Of a DNA stretch of 64,000 nucleotides, positions 54,241 to 64,000 are shown piece after piece (the first letter of the stretch is position 1; every line of letters starts with the position of its first letter). Under the pieces are notes generated by a model, which saw only the letters and a list, made by a program, of their open reading frames with translations, did not search any database and was not told the origin of the DNA. A program made the position numbers and the translations under genes. The DNA is from the human T2T-CHM13v2.0 reference genome, Homo sapiens: NCBI RefSeq assembly GCF_009914755.1, contig NC_060927.1, one strand, 5' to 3'.

Positions 54241-55062
54241 AACCCTGAGGTATGTTTTCTACGGGGAAAGCAAGATAAGTGATTTTCTCCCCTTATTTAT
54301 TAGATTTCAGAATAATGAATTGGTGGTTTTTCATCTACCAAAGACTGGCCATGAAGTGTTTTCTCACTCCACTTAGATTTAAACATATTTGATGTATTTA
54401 AATCTGGTGCAGTTGTTTTTCTTGTTTTAGAGACAGGGTCTTGCTATGTTGCCCAGGCTGGTCTTGAACTCCTGGGCTCACGCAATCCTCCCATCTCGGC
54501 CTCCCAAAGTGCCACGGCCAGCCTATTTTTCTTATTGATGCTCAAATTATCCCATCTTTGGTCTGTGTAAATGTCTTCAGAGTGATAGCTTCATGCTGTC
54601 ATTTCAGACAAGATGTTTCAGGCTCATTTTGTACTTTTCCTGCCCCAGACATGAAGTCTGCTTTTCCCCCATGGTACTCTTATTCCTTTTGTTTTAACCA
54701 TTGTTTCAGAATGCTTGGTGCCTTTGAAGGTAATTGATTATTTTTGCCTACAAATGTGAATATGGTGGCTTGCAGAAAATATGACAAATATAAAAGTAAC
54801 TAATTTTGTATATTTTAGGGAAATTCTCAATTGCCTATAACTTTTTTTTTCTATAGGAAGTGGAAATTAGTAAGTTTGTGAAGGCATAATTTACTTATGC
54901 AACTTGTAAATACATCTTTAGTTAATACAGGGCCAGAATCATTTATGTTTGGAGGTACCTTAATATATAATTTAAAGTATATCATAATGTGTTAATTTTT
55001 TTCAAACAATAAATGCTTTTAAAAAATAACTTGTCTATAATTATAAATATCTTTTATTGTAG

Positions 55063-55203
55063 AATCAAACAGAAGATAGTTTACGAAAGGAACTTATAGC
55101 ATTACAAGAGGATAAACATAACTATGAGACAACAGCCAAAGAGTCCCTGAGGCGGGTTCTTCAGGAGAAAATTGAAGTGGTTAGAAAACTTTCAGAAGTT
55201 GAG
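55063..55203 (+). CDS. SLMAP: SLMAP coding exon (141 nt, 0->0): NQTEDSLRKELIALQEDKHNYETTAKESLRRVLQEKIEVVRKLSEVE
   Basis: cttttattgtAG acceptor, GAG|GTATTT donor, coiled-coil peptide in frame. Confidence 0.96.
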
Positions 55204-56312
55204 GTATTTCAATCAAAAAAAAAATACTAAATAGTATTATGAGTGTTCAAAAAAATCTCAAGCATTCCAGGATACTTTAAACTTGGGTATTATTATATAG
55301 TTAGGAAATACTTTCTGTCTGTCAGGTGGGAAGGAACAGTTACGCTGCTTTCATTGACAGCAATTCTCCATGTGAGTTTTGGTACTTACTCCCTAGTCAA
55401 TGGCTGAGGAAATAAAAGCGTAACCAGGGAATCTTATTGTTTGCATTCTGCTTAGGATTCACCCTCCATACAGCAGACCATGATATGTGCTGGGGAATTG
55501 ATTTCCTGTCACTTGGTTTTGCTTTGCTTCTATTTGAGGGGGGTCAGTGTAAGGCCAAGAGTCTACACTACTTGTTCTTTTTTAATTCACTCTGCAGAGA
55601 GGAAAACTAGCTGTGTCATATATTTAGGAAGTTCAAAGGTGAAATCATCTCCAAGGTCCTTTCTAGGTCTTGGAGGAGCAATCAAAATGCAATTTTTATT
55701 GCTTTGGGGAAAAAAATTCTAATTCATAATATAGATCTTTTCTTTGAACCACTGCAAAATTACCACATAAATAATGTATTACTAGAATTAGTTAAAATGC
55801 TCATCAGAAACTAAATGGTAAACATACCTTTCCTTACTACAGGTATAGTTTGTATTGCTACCTCATCCCATAGTGCCTGATTCACTGTTGTGTGATTAAT
55901 TTGATATATAAAGAAAGTTACTAAGTGTCTTTTAATTTTTTATTAAATTGATTGCTGGATATTATTAAACTTGCTTTCAAGGATTGATAGGCTTAAAATA
56001 TTTTCACAGCTAAAAGTCATACCCATTGGCCTTTCAAAAATGTAATTATATAAAGGCAGCATCCTTTTCCTGCCCCTGCTCTCCCTCCACTTTTATTTTT
56101 TTGTTGTTTTTGTTAATTCTTAGTTATGTTTTCTGTTTTAGTGTGAATTGAAATTCTTATGTTATTTGACTCAGCTTTATTTAAAGTCCAGGGCAGATGT
56201 TGATTTAGAATAGTCCATAGAATTATACTTTTTATAAATTTCATTTAGAAGGAATTCTAAATAACAAATATACACTTATTCTAATTAAATTGCCTGTAAA
56301 CTTGAATCGCAG

Positions 56313-56450
56313 CGAAGTCTGAGTAATACTGAAGATGAATGTACCCATCTGAAAGAAATGAATGAAAGGACTCAGGAAGAATTAAGAGAATTAGCCAACA
56401 AATATAATGGAGCAGTTAATGAGATTAAAGATTTATCTGATAAATTAAAG
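56313..56450 (+). CDS. SLMAP: SLMAP coding exon (138 nt, 0->0): RSLSNTEDECTHLKEMNERTQEELRELANKYNGAVNEIKDLSDKLK
   Basis: aatcgcAG acceptor, AAG|GTATGT donor, in frame. Confidence 0.95.
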
Positions 56451-56531
56451 GTATGTATTTACTCTGCCTGAAAGTATGTTAAGCTAATAATCCCTAACAC
56501 ACTAGATAGCTTAAGATTTTAGGTATTGCTT

Positions 56532-57090
<559 letters not shown>

Positions 57091-57807
57091 TTAAATTATG
57101 CTGAAAGTATGAAAGCAGGATGTAGGTGGTACTACATATTAAATAAGATTTCTATAAAAAAAGATTTTAGGTATTGCTGAATAGTTATTGATGTAAAAAT
57201 TTGGTAACAGTTGAAATTTATAGTGAAAATAAGGTGTCTGTATTCCATTTAGCCCAACCTCCATTACTATAGATAATTGAAAGCCTGTAAATGCTGACAT
57301 AGTTCCTCTGGATGAATATGTAGTCAGTGCTTCACAATAGACATTTCTAAAATATATAACAGGAAGTAGATGAGAATCAGCAAAACCCATGATATTCAGA
57401 TGTTTTAAAACCTAAAACTGCTTATCATTAGGCCATCTAAAAGGCAGGGCCCAGCTATTTAGTGCTGTGCTGGAACAAGCCCAGAGAGAATCTGGGAATG
57501 ATCTCCCTTTTAGCTTTCAGGGATGCTGTTAACTCTGCTTTAGCTGCCATTCCCTCTATCTATGAGACATCTAGGATAAGGACAGATCAGATCATAGGGT
57601 AATGATAGGGTAATGTCTAGTTGGTCCTTTAGAATCTTATAACTGAGGAAAAAAAAAATCTTATAACTGTTTGTGAAGGTCCATCTTGGTTTAATTCAAA
57701 CTATGGATTGAGTGCCTAGAAGATATGTGTTTGTTAGAGAAGACCAGAGCATACCTCCGTTGGTTAACCTATGATAGTTTTCAAAGTTGGTCTTGTTAAA
57801 AGGAGAT

Positions 57808-58180
57808 TGTCATTGTCCATTTTTGTTGCTATAAAGGAATAGCTGAGCCTGGGTAATTTATAAAGATAAGAGGTTTATTTGGCTCACAGTTCTGCAGGCT
57901 GAAGCTTCAGGCTGCTTCCACTGATGGCAGAAAGCAAAGTGGAGCTGGTACGTGTTCCATGGTGAGAGAGGGTCTGGGAGAGGTGCCAGGCTCTTTTTAA
58001 AAACCAGCTTTCATAGGACTAATAGAGTGAGAATTCACTCATTACCATGAGGACAGCACCAAGCCATTCATGAGGGATCTGCTCCCATAACCCAAACACC
58101 TCTCATTAGACCCCATCTCCAACACTGAGGATCAAATTTCAACATTGAGGCTTGGGGGACGAACATCCAAACTATAGGCA
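57808..58180 (-). mobile_element. MSTB-like MaLR solo LTR
   Basis: ctgggtaatttataaag..agaggtttatttggctcacagttctgcaggctg ... ccattcatgagggatctgctccc ... catccaaactata. Confidence 0.85.
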
Positions 58181-58485
58181 GAGAGGTCTTTTTGAATAGT
58201 GATTGTACTGTCATCTCGTTACTAAATAATTTTGTTTAAAATTTCAGAATGTTAACATGATAGAACTTCAAAATTGAAATGATAGTAATTTTAGGGAAAA
58301 ATCTTACTTCCCTCTTTAAAAATACGATTTTTTTTTCCACATTGACCCTTTACCTCTGTGTGTACTGAGCCTACTTGCTTCCTCCAAGTTTCTCTCTCCT
58401 GGGTGTTATGGAGGAATAACCCAATGCAGATAATTTTTGACATCAAGCCTTTGTCTTTATCATCTTTACTGGTTTAGAAATGTCA

Positions 58486-58760
<275 letters not shown>

Positions 58761-58911
58761 AATGTCAGGTTTACAGATAATGTTCTGTAGAACATTTCTT
58801 TTCTACAGAACAAACTTTTCTTAGAAGTTTAAGTGAATAAAGGCATTCCTGGGGCTCGCTCTTAAAACAGAGTTAGGTTTGTTAAATAACTGAATTTTCT
58901 TATTTTTCTAG

Positions 58912-59080
58912 GTAGCAGAGGGAAAACAAGAGGAAATCCAACAGAAGGGACAGGCTGAGAAAAAAGAATTACAACATAAAATAGATGAAATGGAAGAAAA
59001 AGAACAGGAGCTCCAGGCAAAAATAGAAGCTTTGCAAGCTGATAATGATTTCACCAATGAAAGGCTAACAGCTTTACAAG
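58912..59080 (+). CDS. SLMAP: SLMAP coding exon (169 nt, 0->1): VAEGKQEEIQQKGQAEKKELQHKIDEMEEKEQELQAKIEALQADNDFTNERLTALQ
   Basis: ttttcttatttttctAG acceptor, AAG|GTAAGT donor, coiled-coil peptide in frame. Confidence 0.96.
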
Positions 59081-59170
59081 GTAAGTAGCTAATCCAGAAA
59101 TTGATTTTATTTTATTTTTTTTCTTGTTATCTGTGAAATATCTTTTTTTTTTTTGGACTTTTATTTACAG

Positions 59171-59221
59171 TACGGTTAGAACATCTTCAGGAGAAAACTC
59201 TTAAAGAATGCAGCAGCTTGG
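59171..59221 (+). CDS. SLMAP: SLMAP 51-nt symmetric exon (1->1): (V)RLEHLQEKTLKECSSL, probably an alternative cassette
   Basis: T-rich tract plus ttatttacAG acceptor, TGG|GTAGGT donor; follows a 90-nt intron; in frame. Confidence 0.9.
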
Positions 59222-59605
59222 GTAGGTGGCATCCATATTTCTTACTTAAACCTGAATTTTATCCTTAAACTTTTGACCTTGTTTACTGTCTCACACTGCA
59301 TTTTTTAAGGGATGTTTTATGTATTAGGTATAAAGTATCTATATTCTTTTAGAAAATTTTCTTTAAAAATATGCTTGATTGCCACCAGTGGGCACCATTG
59401 TTTTCCTTGAGATGAGTGAAATTTCTGCTCTGAGATCTTCTACCTCGGGATATTTAAATAAGAAAAGTACATGAACAGCAGGATCCCTTTTAAAGTGTTC
59501 TATACAATCTTAATCTTAGGAATGCAGAATGCCATGGTTACACTTGAGACCACATTTAAAGTAATACTTCTTTGATCAGGCAATGATATACTGTCTTAAT
59601 CCTAG

Positions 59606-59656
59606 GGATACAAGTTGATGACTTCTTACCTAAAATAAATGGGAGCACAGAAAAAG
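59606..59656 (+). CDS. SLMAP: SLMAP second 51-nt symmetric exon (1->1): (G)IQVDDFLPKINGSTEK, probably an alternative cassette
   Basis: ctgtcttaatcctAG acceptor, AAG|GTAGTG donor; open in the phase-1 frame. Confidence 0.82.
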
Positions 59657-60487
59657 GTAGTGTAAAAAACTTAAATATATATATACTTTTTATGATATCA
59701 TTTTAGTATTTAAGCAGGATAAGGAGTTCAGGGTTTTAAGTGTTTGGAATGAAAAGCATGCTCTCACAGATCATTGAACCCCATCATTTAAAAATCAAGC
59801 TTTCCTTTATTTTGTAAGAGTTGATGCTGTGATCAATTCTTAGATATCCCTTGTTATATGGAAATTTCAATTACTCAAATCAGAAAATTATTAAGTTCAC
59901 CTTTAGCAATATATAATATAGATCTTTTTCCCCACTCTGTTTTTCGAAGAGCTGTACTACCATTTTGTTTCATCAAGTTCTGCCTCCAGTGATACTTGAC
60001 CCCCATTTAAAACATTCGAGTTTATTTAACAGCTTATTGAGCCCTTGGACATATCATAGAAACTACTTTGTTTATCCATCTGTTTCATTGATCAGAGAGA
60101 ACAGGGTCAGTTTTTTCTGCCATCAGAAAAATCTTTTATTAGTTGTTGGTTCTGTGACCCTTCTTTCTGGACAGCGTGGGTTCTCTCTTGCCAAAAACAT
60201 ATAGCCACTATTGGTTTTCCTGTCACTACACGGGGTACTTTTTACCCAGTGACCTCTATTATCCTTCAGTCTTGAAGATCCCTAGTCATTCTCCTTCTCT
60301 CCCCTTCCATCTAACATTAATTGAGCACCAACTATGTGCCAGACCCTGCGCTAGGTGCTTGGAGTACAGTAGAAATTAAACTCTTTTCTGTGTTTACCAA
60401 TCTATGTGCCTTTCATCTCAGTTTTCTACAGAAGTTAGTCGAAGATATCAGAGTTGATACCCAGAACTTATTAAATATTTTTTCCCT

Positions 60488-61560
<1,073 letters not shown>

Positions 61561-63114
61561 AGTCAATCAGTCATCACCCTCTTGATTTTATATTAATAAT
61601 GTTAGTATTAACCCAAGCTGGGAACCTGCTATTCATTCCTTCAGTTAAGAGAATCGTTTTATGTACATGGAACCATCTTTATACTATTTAGAGTTGTAAA
61701 ATTACTGATTCATTTTTTTCCAGTTCCAGTTGGTTCAGATGAAAATAATAGTAGACTGTTTTCATATTGTATTAATATAATTGTTAAAGACTCCTTGATT
61801 TTAAGAATAAATATTTTAGATACTTAAAGGTAACTCCTTGCCATAATTATTTTTTCCTTATTTGTGTGCTTGCTTTTTTGGTGGTGATATATTGAGTTAC
61901 GGTATGATAGTGACTAATAGAATATTTTAAAAGAAACTAAGCAATAAATTTCTAGATGTACACGAAAACTTAGTTAAGGGTGGACTTTGGAATAAGATGC
62001 GTCACTTAATTCCATTCCAAATCACTTATAATAATGAACCAATTTTCAAGTATCCCAGTATTACCAATGTCCATACCCATATTATATAATTTTAACTAAA
62101 TTATTCTTTAAATAGTAGAGAGCCAAATATAGTTGTAAGAGAATATTTTTAAATATCTGAAGATGTTAAAATTAATAATACTAATACTTTCAGTGAATCC
62201 CATTTTAAAAATTAAATATAATGTAGCTACTAAAAGCACAGGTTTTGTACTGTAAATTTTTTGTGTGTCTTATCTAATAAGCATAAGCTGAATGTATCTT
62301 AGAGAGTAAAGGACAGTGTTGTCCGAAATAAACATAAGGCTGGGTGTGGTGGCTCACACCTATAATCCCAGCACTTTGGGAGGCCAAGGTGGAAGGATTG
62401 CTTGTGTCCAGGAGTTCAAGACCAGCCCGAGCAACATAGTGAGAACCCATCTCTATAAAAAAATTAAAAATTAGCTGGGCATAGTGGTGTGCACCTGTAG
62501 ACCCAGCTCCTCAGGAGGCTAGATGGGAGAATCACTTGATCCCAGGAGGTCAAGGCTGCAGTGAGTCATGATCACACCACTGTACTCAGCCTGGGTGACA
62601 GAGTGAGACCCCATCTCAAAAAAATAAAAAATAAACATAATGAGAGCCACATACATAATTTTAAATTTTCTGCTGGGCAAAGTAGCTTGCTCCTGTAATC
62701 CCAGCAAGGGAGGATTGTTTGAGCCCAGAAGCTCGAAACCAGCCTGGGCAACATAGTGAGACCCCATCTCTAAAAAGAAAAAAAAAATTTTTTTTTTAAA
62801 TTAGTGAGGTGTGGTGGCATGTGCCTGTAATCCCAGCACTTTGGGAGGCTAAGCAGGGAAGACTGCTTGAGGCCATTAGTTTGAGACCAGCCTGGGCAAC
62901 ATAGTGAGACTTCTGTCTCTACACAAAATTTAAAAATTAGCCAAGTGTGGTAGTACACACCTGTGGTCCTAGGTAGTTGGGAGGCTGAGGAGGGAGGATC
63001 CCTTGAGCCCAGAAATTCAAGGTTGCAATGAACTATGATTGTGCCACTGTACTCCAGCCTGGACAACAGAGTAAGACCCTGTCTCTTAATTTAAAAAAAT
63101 TCTGGCAGCCACAT

Positions 63115-63154
63115 TGTATTAGTCAGGGTTCTCTAGAGGGACAGAACTAATGGA

Positions 63155-63188
<34 letters not shown>

Positions 63189-63810
63189 TATATGTGTATT
63201 ATATATAAAAATATATATTATATATGTGTGTATTATATATAATATATATTATATATATTATATATGTGTGTATTATATATAATATAATATATGTTATATG
63301 TGTGTATTATATATAATATATGTGTGTATTATATATAATATATATTATATATGTGTATTATATATAATATATATTATATGTGTATTATATATATAATATA
63401 TATTATATATATTATATATATAAAGGGGAGTTTATTAAGTATTAACTCACACAATCACAAGGTCCCACATAGGCCATCTGCAAGCTGAGGAGCAAGGAGA
63501 GCCAGTCTGAGTTCCAAAACTGAAGAACTTGGAGTCTGATGTTCGAGGACAGGAAGCATCCAGCACAGGAGAAAGATGTAGGCTGGGAGGCTAGGCCAGT
63601 CTCTCTTTTCACATTTTTCTGACTGCTTATATTCTAGCTGCACTGGCAGCTGATTAGGTTGTGCCCACCCAGATTAAGGGTAGGTCTGCCTTTCCCAGCC
63701 TACTGACTCAAATGTTAATCTCCTTTGGCAACAACCTCACAGACACACCCAGGATTAATACTTTGTATCCTTTAATCCATTCAAGTTGACACTCAGTATT
63801 AACCACCACA
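63115..63810 (-). mobile_element. MLT2A1-like HERV-L solo LTR with an expanded internal TA-rich array
   Basis: TG...CA termini, 5-bp TSD CACAT (63110-63114 and 63811-63815), consensus-like tgtattagtcagggttctctagagggacagaac and caagttgacactcagtattaacca. Confidence 0.92.
63155..63422. repeat. (TA)n microsatellite grading into a TATATGTGT(GT)ATTATATATAA-type minisatellite
   Basis: Directly visible repeated units. Confidence 0.92.
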
Positions 63811-64000
63811 CACATTAAAAATATAAAAAGCTGGGTGCAGTGGTACATGCCTGTTGTCCCAGTTACTTGGGAGGCTAAGGTAGGAGGATCCCTTGAGGCC
63901 AGGAGTTTGAGGTTGTAGTGCACTACAATCACACCTGTGAATAACTACTGCACTTGATCCTAGACAACATAGCAAGATCCCATCTCTATTATATATATAT

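Larger units (their letters stand above)
62315..63990 (+). mobile_element. MER3-like hAT relic fragmented by four sense Alus and an MLT2A LTR
   Basis: Pieces cagtgttgtcc / aatgagagccacatacataattttaaattttct / gcagccacat / taaaaatataaaaag rejoin into a MER3-like 5' end; Alu TSD AAATAAACATAA. Confidence 0.7.

Noticed and set aside
55180-55182. Codon I believe is SLMAP V269, recalled as a Brugada-associated V-to-I site
   Set aside because: The codon here is GTT (Val), so no variant is present; numbering relies on memory of upstream exons outside the window
58908-58920. TAG-GTAG-CAG tandem acceptors or recursive splice site
   Set aside because: Alternative AGs at +4 and +7 are frameshifting, and the reconstituted donor GTAGCA is weak

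Overview
Primate (human-like) genomic DNA lying entirely inside one protein-coding gene on the + strand, which I recognise as SLMAP (sarcolemma-associated protein, a STRIPAK subunit). Eleven GT-AG exons (25750-59656; 148, 73, 37, 63, 96, 72, 141, 138, 169, 51 and 51 nt) splice into one stop-free frame of 1039 nt. It encodes the C-terminal part of the FHA domain, a linker and a long coiled coil; the start and stop codons lie outside the window. The first ~25.7 kb is one long intron. The rest is dense repeat sequence: about 50 Alus, young and old L1s, L2/MIR, MER52-like, MLT2A, MST and MLT1 LTRs, and Tigger/hAT DNA transposon relics. Almost all ORFs in the supplied track are Alu, L1, LTR or low-complexity artefacts. 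I see no CRISPR array, RNA gene or convincing new multi-gene system. The best leads are: (1) a TSD-bounded antisense Alu carrying a ~100-nt unique 3' tail; (2) an orphan ERV gag fragment containing a candidate 93-nt poison exon; (3) a sharp switch in Alu orientation at ~47 kb; (4) a composite Alu with a triplicated left arm; (5) a ~580-bp CTT/CCT tract; (6) twin 51-nt phase-1 exons. Repeat subfamily names are from memory of consensus sequences and repeat boundaries are approximate.
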